Origin: Amphiscolops sp. MND2022
Taxonomy: Eukaryota
Assembly (NCBI GenBank): GCA_964187785.1
Contig: OZ076409.1
Span: forward strand, 90,646,001-90,710,000
DNA: 64,000 bases
Reading direction: 5' to 3'
The notes beneath the pieces were generated by a model that worked only from the letters and a program-made list of their open reading frames with translations, did not search any database and had not been told where the DNA came from. Made by a program: the position numbers and the translations under genes. Shown here piece after piece: positions 1-12,730 of the stretch. Each line of letters opens with the position of its first letter. Within the stretch, counting starts at the first letter, position 1.

Positions 1-1
1 A

Positions 2-110
2 CTTTCGCATATTGCAAGACTCATTTGTCAATTTTACCCTCACCCACAAACTCTGGACGGGCCTTTTCGAAAGCTGGTTATTTGTCCACAAATTGGCGAA
101 ATATGCTTGA
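2..110 (+). pseudogene. hAT transposase C-terminal dimerisation-domain remnant
   Basis: Translates, with one frameshift near 25, as LSHIARLI/LSILPSPTNSGRAFSKAGYLSTNWRNML, resembling the hAT dimerisation motif (L..IA...L.IP.SS..SER.FS.AG); a hAT-type terminus follows at 1555. Confidence 0.6.
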
Positions 111-1519
111 AATTAGGTTTAATGGCAAACTAACATTGAGATATATATTTTTTGAGAACCCACCTTTCATTAGTTTGACTATGAAAATACTTTAAAAGAT
201 TCCTATTTGGACCCAACGATACTTTTTCCTTTGAATAATCCTTTTTTGAAAGTTTGTATGGGCACCTCTGAGTGCAACAGCTAAACAGCAACATGTTATC
301 ACAAAAACAGCGGCCGGGGTTAGTGGCGCTTCCACACAAGATGATCACGAAGAAGTACTACCCCCCGTTGTAACTGGCTGTCCCTCACAAGTGACAAATC
401 CGAATACGTGCAATAGTGAAACAGACAATGCCGCCCAAGTCGAGGAAAATGACGAAAACAAAGAATCCATGGATTGCCGCGACGTTTTGGAAAATAGTGC
501 TGTTGCGCTTAAAGATGACAGGAATTTGGAATACACTGACATTGGCGAATCCGGAAAAGAGATGACCACTTCTGAAATTTCTGACTTGCAATCAGCCGCG
601 TAATTGACAGCCAGCTAATCCTGTGTCGTGTCAGTTAATTTGTCAATAATGATCACAAATTGTTTATATTAGATGCAAAAGTTCGAATTTTTAATGATAA
701 CTTTCTATTTCTATGTACTGTCAATCATTTGTGATTAGATCCTAACTAGAATGAATCAAGTCATAATAAATTATTTTTTTCTATAATATTTTCTGAATTA
801 TTAGCAACCGCTTTGGAAAAGTTTAGATACGCATTTTCTGTCATTCAACTATAAATTTATGAAACTTCATTTCTTCTTGGAAAATCATTTTTCTCAAAAT
901 TAGTTGAATTCTCTCTTTTTTCTACCATGGTTTCACAAATAGCTATACTTAGAATGTTTCAAGCAATGTTGAATTGGTCAAAAGTAGTTTCACAGAATTG
1001 TGATAGATCGAAATTGAAACGTGATGAAAAATAAAACTTGAACTATTTGGGGTAGCCATTGTTGAAGTGTCCTAATATCTGAAGTTTACTTGATGCCTGA
1101 CCAAATTATTCTCAAATTTTAGACGTATATATATTTTCATGTGACCATATCGATGAATTTTCGAATTTCCATGCACAGTCATAGATGCGGACTGGCGTAT
1201 TGGCTGTTAGAACGTTCAGGTTTTCGATCTTATTTTTGAAACAACAGTTGATTCATATTGCAAGTCTGCTATATGGGACAGATCTGATCAACGCAGGATG
1301 CATACCGGACCGAACATTACCCTCAACTATATGCGACGACAGATTTTTTTTCGAATTGAAAAAAGTGTAATGAAAACAAAGTAAAGTTTTATTCTGAAAA
1401 ACGGGGAAAATGCTGGAATTTTTTTTTAAAAGATGAAATTTTGGTCGTTTCAAACAATTTTCATCCGAGATATGCGCTCATTTGTCAAGGTTTTTGTCCG
1501 GCCGGATTAGGTCAAAAGT

Positions 1520-1555
1520 CAGATCGGACCGGAATTGATGTCCGTTGCACCCCTA
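1520..1555 (+). mobile_element. right terminal inverted repeat of a hAT-like DNA transposon
   Basis: Ends ...GATGTCCGTTGCACCCCTA; its reverse complement nearly matches TAGGGGTGCACCGGACATC at 1974; subterminal CCGGA repeats. Confidence 0.6.
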
Positions 1556-1973
1556 CTTGATATGAATCCGGCAATGAGAATTGAGAACTTAGCTTGCAAG
1601 ATGACCTTTGCCCATATTTCTGCGTAAGTTGGGATATTAGAAGTTGAAACACTAAAAAAGATCCTTCTCTGAAATGAGATTTTATCCCGGAAGATTTAAA
1701 GTAAAGAATGGCTACACAGTTTAAAATTTTTCTTTTGCAGTAGAACGATTACTGAGTCTCGAAGTGGCCGAATTACTGGGTCTCAGCGAATTAGCGGCCG
1801 CGCACAATTTTTTCCGCAATTCAAATTAACCAACCAATGGATGGTCCAAATTTCCTCTGAAAATATCGGTTGTTCGGAATTATGTTGAAAAACTCAAACA
1901 TGTGAGAAAAATAACCTATTGCCACATTACTTTGTTCTTCGATCTTCGAAGAAATAAAAAGTTTGCTTGCAAG

Positions 1974-2015
1974 TAGGGGTGCACCGGACATCAAGTCCGG
2001 TCCGGTATCCGGTCT
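1974..2015 (+). mobile_element. left terminal inverted repeat of a second copy of the same hAT-like family (truncated)
   Basis: TAGGGGTGCACCGGACATCAAGTCCGGTCCGGTATCCGG; faces away from the terminus at 1555. Confidence 0.55.
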
Positions 2016-2171
2016 TACTTTTTCGAAAGCTTTAATCCTTGATGACCTAAAAATTTTTCTGTAGACAATTATCAAATGTCATGTGAAGAAATTTTTCATA
2101 GCTTCCGAGATAAAGCGCCGAAATATAGAACGCATTTTTTTGAATCATCGCGCGGTAAATTTTTCTTTGTA

Positions 2172-2599
2172 CTTAGCTTTCATGAGAAGTCAACACGGGT
2201 TCCTTCCTCCAAGATGGAGTCCACATGTAACATGTTGGGATGAAGGCTGAGTGATAATCGGTTTACACTAGCTTCCAACTGCAATTTTTATAGGAACAAT
2301 GAAATTTAAAAAGAAACAAAATGAAAATTCAAAAGGATTTAAGGTTCCTGTTGTCGTCTCCATCTGCTGCAATTCGTTTCTGTATGCGGGTTCAATTGTT
2401 GTTACTTATAGTTGTTGAAGTTTCGCAGCTTGGATAAAACCATGTTGTTAGTGGATGTTATGTGAGTGATACGCAGTCGTAATGATACCATGCAATTTTG
2501 CACTTGTTGTTGCAACATTTGATCATTTCCCGGTTGTATGGTTGTTGTTAATAGCAATAATTTTTTGTGGGTCCATGTTGACTTCTCATGAAAACTTAG
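2172..2599. mobile_element. MITE with ~30-bp TIRs and TA target duplication (Tc1/mariner-like)
   Basis: TA|CTTAGCTTTCATGAGAAGTCAACACGG ... CCATGTTGACTTCTCATGAAAACTTAG|TA; non-coding interior. Confidence 0.75.
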
Positions 2600-3728
2600 T
2601 ACAACTACCTAATTCACTGCTTTGAGCCCTGATCTCACACCAGTTTCTCGCACCGCTAAGAAGGTTTTGATAAATCTGTTTTTATCTTGGGTGAATGAAA
2701 GTTAACATAATTCTTGATCTTTTTGTGTCTGAAAAATGACTACCTGTCGAAACTCTGATTTAATTGAGTGACATGAGTCTTCACGACTGTCGAAACATGA
2801 GTCGTTGATCAGCCATCGCCAAATCTAACGAGGATTTGTTTTGTTCGTTCAGTTCAAACTTTGAACTTTGCCTGATTTGTGGATTCATATAATCGGTTGC
2901 AACAAATTTGACATCTCTGTCATTATTGTTTGAACTTCATTACTGGCCAAAGTTCATAAATCAAAACAACCTCTTGGAACTTTGCGATCAGAAATAACAA
3001 CAACCTCTAGCGAAAATCATTCTTCGTGTCCTGAAACAACGTATCATTGTAACATTGATTCACATTTGACATTTCAAACGCTTTTCAGGGTGTTGTGGCA
3101 TTAATGTGCTGCTGTTTAGTGGCGAGATGAGACTGGCCTAATAAGCTTCATTGGACTTATTCCTTAGTTAACAAATACTTATTGCTTCGCAGTGGTAAAC
3201 AGTCGTCGCAGTTTCCTCAATTACTCACTCGCAATGACTATCGAACTTGTGAATAATCCAGCGGGCGACTCTAACGAGATGTCTTCGCAGAGTGTCACTA
3301 CTCCCCCTAGAGCCAAAACGGAAATTACATGCCAGAGTGGCTATGGACGATACCAATCCAAAGTGCAGTTATTCACATATTCATGGTTGCCAGCTGACTT
3401 GACTTCTTGCAGGTATGGTCATGATTGTCATTTCATGTCGACAAATCGAAAAAAAATCGTTGTAAAGTTGAATCCTAATTCGTATCGCTAGGGAACGAAT
3501 CTAATAGTACAAATAATGAAAAATACGGATTATCCGGATGACATTACTTGCGAAATGGGGGTTTCATACAGACGAATGAAACAAAAATTGAATTATCGGG
3601 ATAAGAATTTACTGGAGTTACCAATTACGAAAGAAGAGATTGACGACCAGTTCACTAAGTACACCTCATGTCTGACAGAAGGTAGGGCGTTGGCTTTATC
3701 TTGGAACTAGTTTTAAAAAATATAAGAA

Positions 3729-4190
3729 ACAAGCAGGGGACGTCCCAAGTAGACGCCTGCTTAAGGCTCAAAAAGGGCAAAGTCTTCCAAACATGCAAGG
3801 AAATAACTTGTGAATAATCTTATCAATCTTACAAGGCCAAAAATATTCACAGTGGCATCCTTCAGTCTCGAAAACCGCTTTTCATAACTGAAAACGTCAA
3901 AAACCCCATTTTGCGAGAACAATCGTTGGAAAAAATTTCAAAAAGTTGCACAATGCTGAAAAACCAAAAGAAACAACAAGAAAACATGAACCTTTTGGTC
4001 TCTTTACATTGGCGAAAGTAAAAAAAAACTGTTCATCTCTGGATTCGAACCCAAGTACCCCTGCGTCGCAGCCACGCATTATCCACTCGGCCAACTGGCG
4101 TGAAAACACTTGAAGAAAAAATCTGTCAGTTTGCGTATTCTTTAAAAAGCCACTACTATAGCTTTCGTTTATCAAAAGCGGCGACTAAAA
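3729..4190 (-). mobile_element. degenerate copy of Helentron-like repeat family A, containing a tRNA-like segment
   Basis: Family ends recognisable (ACAAG...TAAGGCTCAAAA at 3729-3773; CCACT...CGACTAAAAA near 4150-4190); the minus strand of 4036-4100 has A-box TGGCCGAGTGG and B-box GGTTCGAATCC. Confidence 0.55.
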
Positions 4191-4340
4191 ATGACAAGTT
4201 TTGGCCCCAAGTGGGATTTTGACTCAAAGGTTTGGTCCGTGTGAGATTCGAACATACGACGTAGCACTCTAAACTCCGGGACAACTTGCAAGTACTCTTC
4301 AGTATAAATTAGTATTGAAACATACAAATAAACGTATCTG

Positions 4341-4493
4341 GAGTTTTTGTTAACGCAGCCAGTAAGTTGAGATGCGCGCTTCCCAAGCAGACCGCCCTCG
4401 GTTCGATGTCTTCCTAAAGCTAAATATGTTGCGAATGGTCCACTTTTCAATAGAGTTTTTGTTAACGCAGCCAGTAAGTTGAGATGCGCGCTT
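4341..4493. repeat. 41-bp exact direct repeat
   Basis: GAGTTTTTGTTAACGCAGCCAGTAAGTTGAGATGCGCGCTT at 4341-4381 and 4453-4493. Confidence 0.9.
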
Positions 4494-4871
4494 ACATATT
4501 TTTCCGAAAATGAGGAAAAGTATTATTATTTAAATTTTTAGATTTCTGTTCTAAACAGGGTACTTATAGGTAAAAGTTTCAAAGCTGAGCTTGAGGATAT
4601 TCTTACATACAAAAACGAAAACATTTAACTGCAGATTTCTCTTCAAACAAGCGTGCTGGATTACTAGTTCATTCGTCCGTGAACTTTTCGGACATTATAA
4701 CCCACGAAATTTCGAAAACTGTTCAAAAATTGCATGAAAAGTTTTGGATTTTTAAAAATTAATTTTGGGCGATTTTGGATTATGGCAAGATTTGAAAAAA
4801 ACGCGGCTAAGTAATTTTCCTTTCCCATATGTAAATATTGGCGGAAGTTGATAAGTCCTGTCCTGTTTTAG

Positions 4872-6197
4872 GTGCGTTCTCTACTTAATTCACGGTTTAC
4901 ACGGTCATTGTTCTCTTTTCCATGAGATGGCGACATTTTTTGCCCAACACAATATTGCAGTTTACTCACATGACAATTACGGACATGGTAGAAGTGCAGG
5001 CGACAAGGTACTGCCCCCTGAATTCGACACTTATGTTGGCGATGCTGTAGAACGTATCAAGGAAGTTTCAGCTAACCATCCTCAGTTGCCTGTGTTTGCG
5101 TTCGGACACTCTCTGGTTGGTGTTCAGTTTTTCACTGTTCCAACAACCATTCAAGTTTATGAAGTAATTTCAAGTTTAGATTGTTATTTCAGGGTGGCTT
5201 GATAGTGCTTGATGTGACATTGCAATTGGATGACCTTTTACATGGAACTATATTCATGGCGCCTGCTTTGGGGAAAAATCCAAATGCTTCTAAGCTAAGC
5301 TCTTTGGTTGGTAAACTCATGTAATACGATTTTTTTCCATCTCAGTGCCTAAATAGTATTTGAATAAGTTTTGTGTCAGGCTTGATTCTGATTAACTTGT
5401 TAATTGACATAGTAAAATGCACAGAAAGCAGCATTCTGAGGTTGCAAGAACAAAATGTATGTGAATAAATGTATTTTGGTATCAATACGCTAAATGTTCC
5501 GTTTCAATGTTACACTTTTGGGTTTCAGGTTGTTGTTTTAATCTTAAGGCTCTTTGTTTCAGGAGTTCCTCGTGAATCCCATGAGCAAATTGTTGCCATC
5601 TTTCCCGGTGCCCACGAATATGAACGTTCGTCACTTCACAACGCTTCGTCAGAAGGTTGGTTACTACATGATTGTCATGATTCCATCTTGAAAACTTTGA
5701 AACAAAGTTCTTCAAATGGCGCCGACGTTTTCCATTTCAGTCTAGTAAATCTGCTGTTCATTAAAATGTTTTATACGTTTGTTTTGAAAAAAAGTCGTTT
5801 CTTGACGACTGCAAATATGCAGTTTTTAATCGAATTGAATTTGCCGATTTTTTTGGAATCTTTGTTGCTCTTAAAGTATTCGAAAGTGTTATTCATTAAT
5901 GTTCAAATACGACAGTGACGAACTAGAGTGCTTGTTTCTTAACAGTCTGTGAGGGATTCGCGATGTCTTTGTTTTTAGCAAATAGAGAACCAGGCAGATC
6001 CTTTGGTGTATCATGGACAACCGAAATTGAAGCACGTTGCGCTGATTTTGGACGCAATGAGCCAAGTGCAGGCCAAGGCCAGCAAAATGAAGAAATCTTA
6101 TCTGATGCTAAGTGGGGATCAAGACGTTGTCACCCCTCTAGAGCCCATGAAATCCTTTCATTCCGAAGTGTCCGAAGATGTCGACAAAACATTCAAG
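4872..6197 (+). CDS. monoglyceride lipase / lysophospholipase-like alpha/beta hydrolase (partial, spliced)
   Basis: Phase-consistent exons 4872-5115, 5193-5306, 5563-5655, 5979-6197 with GT-AG introns; motifs LIHG, HDNYGHGRS, nucleophile GHSL|GG split by an intron, DPLVYHG, SGDQDVV. First exon(s) and the catalytic-His exon were not located. Confidence 0.85.
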
Positions 6198-6727
6198 GTC
6201 ATTTTTAACATTTTCTTTCCATACTGCATTCCATATCTCTTAAGTTTTAATATGCATGAATCCAATCTTTTGCATAAAGCATCTCCAAGGTGCACTAAAA
6301 ACAGCGAACCATCTGCACTTTAGTTGTCTACATAGTCATTGAGGGATTCTCATTTTCGAAGCGTTTTTGAAGTTTCAGTTTTGAAAGACTAGCCGCGTTT
6401 TGTTGGCACATTTGTAGGATGTTTTTTATAGATTTTTAATTGTTTGATAATTTGTAACGGTTTCCAATTACTCTTTTGGAAAAAAAATCAATTGAGAGGT
6501 TGCAATGGTTCACACTCATCACTATTCATCCAGCTGGGAACCTTTTGACAAAATGTGGACGTTCTTGCTGATGAAAAAGATCAAGCTTTAAAAATCAAAT
6601 GCAGAACAGTTACACAGAATCCATTTTTAATTGAAATACAAAATTTTGTGAAATAGCTTATTGGAATTTTCTCCTCAATTCTTCCAGTAAATGATGCTAT
6701 TGCAGGAGTATAGTAATTGATATTGCA

Positions 6728-9516
6728 TCAGTTTGTTGGGACCCGGTTTTCTTTGGCCCACTTTTTGATAACGCGACAAATGTATTCAACTTGTGGGTTC
6801 GCAGTGTTCTTTAGCAAAGTCAATACTTCTCGTAAGGTGTCTTGCGGTTCCTGGCCAGCCACTATTTTCTGGAATACTCCAACACATGCTCCGCGTTTGC
6901 CCTCCCAATACTCGGGGTTTGGGTCGAGGCGTTCCAAGACATCAAATGCTTTGGCCGAGTAGTAAAACTGACCCATTCGGTAGCAGTCGTTTGCTATCAA
7001 TTGCAACAAGCTGAATGAGTCATTGGAAGTTTCCATCTTCAAATAGAGCTCCCAAGCTTGCCTTGACTTTTGGTTCATAATGAAGCACCGTGCGAGCCAG
7101 CTGAGGTACACGTAATCACTTTTTATCTTGTCGTTCTGTATCAGAAGAAGCAACTCTTCGGCTTCTTTGTAATTTCCCACTGCTGCTTTGACCTGGGCGT
7201 AATTGAAGTTGAAAGTGTCATCGTTATAGAAGTAGCTTTTGACTGAATTCAGATAAATTAGCACATCTTCGAATTGTCGCAACAGGAAGAAACACGACGC
7301 CATGCATTGTCTGCCTGGTATTGTATCACACTCGCTCGCACTGCCGCCTACTAGTTGGAAATATTGTTGCGCAATTTTCAGATGTTCCTTAGATCCCTGT
7401 TCTTGTCCAAGCGCTGCATTGACTACTCCTTTAAGGATGTACTCGTGTGGAGTAGTGGGCTCCAACTCTTTGATCAAGTTATAAGCCTCCTGAATGTTAT
7501 CCTGCTTCAAGTGGTAAATGACCAAATTCAAGCGCGCTTCCACAATCACATCTACAAGGGGAGGCAAAACTTGAAGTGCCCCTTCCCCGTTCTGAAACAC
7601 AACCATGTTATGCTTCATTATTTCTTTGGCGTATGTGAAACTCCTTGAGGCCTCACTCTCAAACTTGGTGAGTTCCGCTTCCGCAGCTTTTCCATTGTAG
7701 AGTCTGTAAAAGTTGCAAGCATGTAAATTTATTGCGGTTGCACTGTTCGGGTAATTGCTCAAGTAAACTGCCAACACTTCTTGACTGACGTCATAGTAAT
7801 CGAGTTTGTAGTAGCACAGAGCTATGTACACATTGAGGGCCGTGAACTCTCGGTTGTCCAATAGGATTCGTTTGTAGATGTCAATCGCTTCTTGGTAATG
7901 AGATCTCAAGTAGTGAATTGCAGCCAGTGATAGCTGATCTTCTTGTACGTCCTAAAACCCAACAAGAGTATACTAGGTGAACCAAAAAACGGAGTGCACA
8001 AAAATATTTCACTCAAAATCGCAATATTTGTAAACAAGACACTGAAAAACTATCACTTTCTCTGTCAATCATCCTCTCATTACACAATCAAATTTTCAAC
8101 ACAGAATGATTCTAACCTTCCAAAAAAGTCTAGACGTATTTACCAGTCATTTCGTTCACACTTTTGATGTGTGAAAGTTCATTTGCTTCGAAGAAAAAAC
8201 GTAAAATTGAATGACTGACAAGCTGAATTGCAATGTTCAGAGTTGTTTGGAAACATTTGTTGACAAATATTTGGAATTTCGAGAGCTCAAAAATTTTTAT
8301 GCGTTCCGTTTTTTTTGGTTCACCTGGTACAGCCATCATAGTTTTCGACACCATTGGCACAGATAACTTATTATTGACATTTTGACAGCCACTTTCAACC
8401 ATCAGAATTTCGATCAGCGGCACCTTCGTATTGGTTACAGAATCGTGTAACATGCCCGAAATAGTACGACCTCATACCAAGGGCACTTGTGTCCGAGGTT
8501 TGAATCCGACTCAGAGAGCATTTTTATCAATATTTTAACCTGCAGAGCTCTTCAGTGGCCTCATTATTGGGCTCTTGCTATGAAACAACCTATTTGAAAT
8601 TCAAATATTAATCTCATACCATTCAATGCAATAGAATTGTAGAGGCGTAAATTTTCCCCATTTTTGCATGGTTGAAGTCAAAGTTTATATCGAAGACAAA
8701 ATCGAAACACTAATCAAATCGATGCAACTCGAATTTTCGCGTGAAGCAGTTTTTGTGAACAAAGTTTTTGACTTCTAGTTTTACATTGCTGTTAGTGTAC
8801 GAGAAGTCAAAAACTTCTAGTAAAATTTCCTTAATCTTGCTGTAAGAGCCCATAGCTTAATATTAAGACCATGTATGAACTCTAAGTTCATTAAAACTAG
8901 TCGAATAAAAATTTAATCCAATTATCAAAAAACAATCAGAAGGATGCACGCTCTATGTCTCATTGCACTACTATTTCCTCTTCAAAGAGTTTCAAAAGGT
9001 GTAAGTTTTTGCCAAAAAATGTGAACAGCCAACTAGCATAACTGAACAGCCAAGATAATTTACCTGTAATTGCGAATGATAAGACATGAGTTTCTGCTCG
9101 TCTCCTTCTTTGTGTGCCAAATGAAACAACAGACGGTTCTTCAACCTCTTTTGCTGGTCATCATTCAACTTGACGTTTTCAAACGCCTTTCGGCTCTCTT
9201 CGTAATGGCCCAAAAAGAAGCAAACGCAACCGAAGTACACTGCATAGACGCTGTCCGGTTTTTTGGTCATCAGTTCCTTGTAGATTTTGTAAGCTTTGAC
9301 GTAATTTCCCAAGTGGAAAGATATGTAGCCAATCCATTCCAGCGTTTGTTCTGAAGTTTTCTCTGGGCTTTGCTGGAATTCAACGAGAGTTAAAGCACCT
9401 GTGAAGTCTCGTTTTTGCAGTAGGTCGTCCAGTTTAGGCAAAGCCTTTCCGCTTCCTTCCCGACTTTCAGAGACATCCGGTTTTTGCAACGCAGGTTTGG
9501 CCCGTGATAAAATCAT
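6728..9516 (-). CDS. TTC26: intraflagellar transport protein 56 (TPR protein TTC26/DYF-13), 558 aa
   Basis: Exon 1 9516-9064 (MILSRAKP...[12 protein letters not shown]...HSQLQ), GT-AG phase-0 intron 9063-7952, exon 2 7951-6728 ([35 protein letters not shown]...[16 protein letters not shown]...[12 protein letters not shown]). These motifs match IFT56 as I recall it. Confidence 0.96.
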
Positions 9517-10313
9517 ACTTCTGGTGAAAAGATACTAACTTGCGATAAAATGGAGAGGAGTTTTAGTCAATACTTGAAATGAGTTGAAAACGGTGACGTA
9601 AATGCAATTTAACGCTAAGTATTTTTATGCGTACACCTTCATTGCTGATTTTTAAAATGCTTTTTGTGCTCTATACTGATTACATCACATACGTGCCGTG
9701 TTGTGTGAACAATAGAGCACGTGCTTTTTTAATGCCTTTCATTTCTTTATATTGGCATGTTTCAACTGGAAATTTCATTGTACATTTCTGGCTATAGTGT
9801 GATAAAGCAGTTTAAAGTTTTGAAGTCGCATATACTGAAAAGTAGATGAAGTTTAAACGAATTCAGATGAATTGACTATAATTCCAAAAAACCCTATTTA
9901 AAGCAATTAAAGGATTTCATCTCGTAATTAACATGTCATCTCTGCAAAACACGTACAGAGGTTTCTTATTTCAATGAAAGATGCAATGTTCGTTTTAAAC
10001 TGTGCCAGTGAAAGTTGAGTGCTTTTTAGAACCTACCATTTTCATGAAATTTGCAGTTTCTTTGCTAATTGTATGAACTGCTATTTAGGAGAAATTATTT
10101 TTCAAAACCTATTTTAGGTCTCAAGTTGTGAAAATGAACAAATTTTTAGTTACGGTGTTCGAGAATCATTTTCATCTTGCGAAACGACAAAGGTGAACAT
10201 GGATTGTTCGTGTCAGATCTCTTTCCAGCTTTTACAGTGTGTTGTACACGATATACAATTATACGAAAAATTACACGAAATCCACAATTTGTTATACGAA
10301 TTACATATTATAC

Positions 10314-10562
10314 TGTTGTGTTCACAATATGGACAGATTAAAATTAATCAAAAATTACTTTTTCAAATATTATAACATTAAGTATTGCTATCTCGAAATC
10401 TGATGTCATAGATTGATTATGTAATCTTCATGAGTTTTATTGGGTTTTCTTTAAAAAGTTGAGGGATTCTTCTGATGAGTCATTGTACCCACATATGTTT
10501 CCTTCGAGTTTCATTCATTCTTCTTAATTCAAATACAAACTTTAGTCTCCTAAAGTTTTATA
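10314..10562 (+). repeat. 5' LTR of the BEL element
   Basis: TGTTGTG...TTTTATA; one mismatch to the 3' LTR by eye (GAGGG vs GCGGG). Confidence 0.95.
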
Positions 10563-10579
10563 TGGTGGCCATAGAGAGG
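10563..10579 (+). promoter_or_regulatory. primer-binding site
   Basis: TGGTGGCCATAGAGAGG directly after the 5' LTR; complementary to a tRNA ending ...GGCCACCA (tRNA-Ile-like is an inference). Confidence 0.8.
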
Positions 10580-11446
10580 CATCCAAACCCTCCTCGAATA
10601 CAACCAGTACAATAGAACGAGCATGCGAAGATACAACATCTTGGAACTTCTACTGACTCCACACGATTGTGTATCAGCCACACAATTGAATTCCAAAAAA
10701 AATTGTTTCTTTGTCCCAGAAACCAACGCTTTGTGCTCTTGCCTCAAAGAAGCCAGACAAAACTGACGAGGCAGTCCAGCATTCGACAACTGCTGTGTCA
10801 ACTTTGGGGTGCTTGTCGTGCAAACAGTGAAAGCCATCTACAGAAACGAGACAAACCCCGAAGTCGTTGCAAACTTCACGTTGTTAAAAAACAATGCTCG
10901 AATGCAATTGGCCAAAAACATCTTTCATTACTAAATACCCATTCACATGATCTATATCATGCTGAAATGAACATTCGATAGAAGAATCTGCCAAATTCAT
11001 CCATATTTAGTTGCTTGTTTCCATTTTTTTCAGAGGGAAATTGAAAAACGAGCTTTGTGACGATTTTCGCCAAACTTGCACAAAAGTGTAAAAGCTGAAA
11101 AGTTTCCCTTCTTTCGTTTCTATTCATTTTTTGAGGTCTTTTGAAGAAAATGGAAGCGCTAGGTGATCCAATCATTTCTTGCATAAAGAGATTCAATTAG
11201 GAGCAGATTCAACGAAATTTTATCTGATAACAAAACTCAAAATGACTCAATTTATTCGAATTTGTTTGTTATAAAAATACCTAATTGAGAATTGAAGCGA
11301 GAAAAAAAACTGGTGAGCACTAAAAAAAATTTGTAATGGTTGTTGTGCTAATGTTCCAGAGATAGCAAAACTTTCATTCGACTGAAGTGACTAATGTAAT
11401 TTTAATCACCCCTTGCAGTTCAGAAAAAAAAACAAAAAAAACACGC

Positions 11447-12061
11447 ATGGTATTCATCTTAGCTGCTAGCTCTTTACACCATGCTTTTGAAACTTTAACC
11501 CCCGAAGAAAAAGAACGTTATAAAGATAAAATCTATTCTATCCCAGGCCTGAGCTTGAATACAAATACAAAAAATCCTCGAAAAATTGTTCAAAACTTGC
11601 TTGCGAAGGATCTCAAATAGAAAAAAGACATAGTTATATGGCATGACGTTTTGAACAACAGTATTTCACGTCATGATAGTAACAATTTTCAAGCTTTGAC
11701 TGTGCCGCAATTGATTGATGAGCTAAAAGGCCTTCAAAACAAAATCAGTGCTCTGGTATATTGCCAACGTTTTCGAACGCCGTACATTTTTGATGCTTTG
11801 CATGTATTGAAAACCGATCAAAACATCGAAGTATTCAGTATCGTGAAAGACTTCATTTCGTCGAAAAAACAAAAGGATCCGGAACTTTTGAAACAATACA
11901 AGGCTTTACACCAGAGTCCTGAGCTTGAATTGAAAAGCCTTGACTTCATTTTACGTAAAGAGAGTCAACTTTCGGCCATCACTGACAAAAGCCGTCCAAA
12001 GAGGCCTAGCAAGCGTGCCCGAAACGCTATCAAAAAGGCATCTTTGCAGCCCTCGCAGTGA
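11447..12061 (+). pseudogene. accessory ORF of the BEL element (204 codons, one internal TAG), possibly SGNH-hydrolase-like
   Basis: ORF-track entries 11387-11620 and 11651-12061 are one frame broken by TAG at 11618-11620; ATG at 11447 is preceded by an acceptor-like CCCCTTGCAG ending at 11418. Confidence 0.65.
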
Positions 12062-12730
12062 AACCCCGTTTTCTCTCGACTGTGAAGACAGTGTCCAGAC
12101 TTCACTGTCTGGTTGAAGTTTCCACAGGTTGTTGCTCGTTTCAGAGTTGTGTCCAGACTTAGTTGTCTGGTTGATACTCTGTAAACTTACTCACCCCTTC
12201 CTCAAATTTATAACGGGATCTACTTTTTATTGATTGGTTGAAATTGCGGTAACAATATGCCCTAATCTTTCCTCGAATACTAGGAATAAGTTTCTATTGA
12301 AATTCCGGGCCCACATCTAATTTTTCCGATAAGTTACGTTTAACAATAAATTGCTTTAGTGTATTAGCCTTTTTTGTTTAACTGATGATTTTATAATTCA
12401 GTTTTCTTCTCTCATTGTTAGAATAGTGTCCTGACTTGATTTTCCGGTTGAAATCCTGACAGTACACCCCCCTGAACAACACCGCCGACAGAGATCTCGT
12501 TTTACACGAACATTTAAGTTCTTCGTCGTCGTCCTCGTAGTCCGTGACTACATTTCAACCCGAAACAAACAAAATCGTTTCTTTCTCCGACACGTCCCAA
12601 TATTTGACACTTAATCCCTTGGTGCTGTGTCCAAACTTCACTGTTTGGTTGACTCTCAAAGGGATTTGATCAAATACGACCCACTTGACAGTTTCCTCCC
12701 AAAAATCACACTGATTGCACCAATACTTGA

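Noticed and set aside
391..603. 70-aa acidic ORF as a host gene
   Set aside because: Lies between the hAT dimerisation remnant and the hAT terminus; more likely a transposase tail relic.
3516..3710. First exon of the lipase gene
   Set aside because: Has an ATG and a plausible donor, but phase 1 does not match the phase-2 acceptor at 4872 and no linking exon was found; left unassigned.
10193..10313. LYEKLHEIHNLLYE as the missing lipase His exon
   Set aside because: Arises from TTATACGA/TTACACGA-type repeats that continue on the far side of the BEL insertion; acceptor and motif spacing do not fit.
10623..11163. Second accessory (Cys-rich) ORF in the BEL leader
   Set aside because: About five in-frame stops and no recognisable motif.
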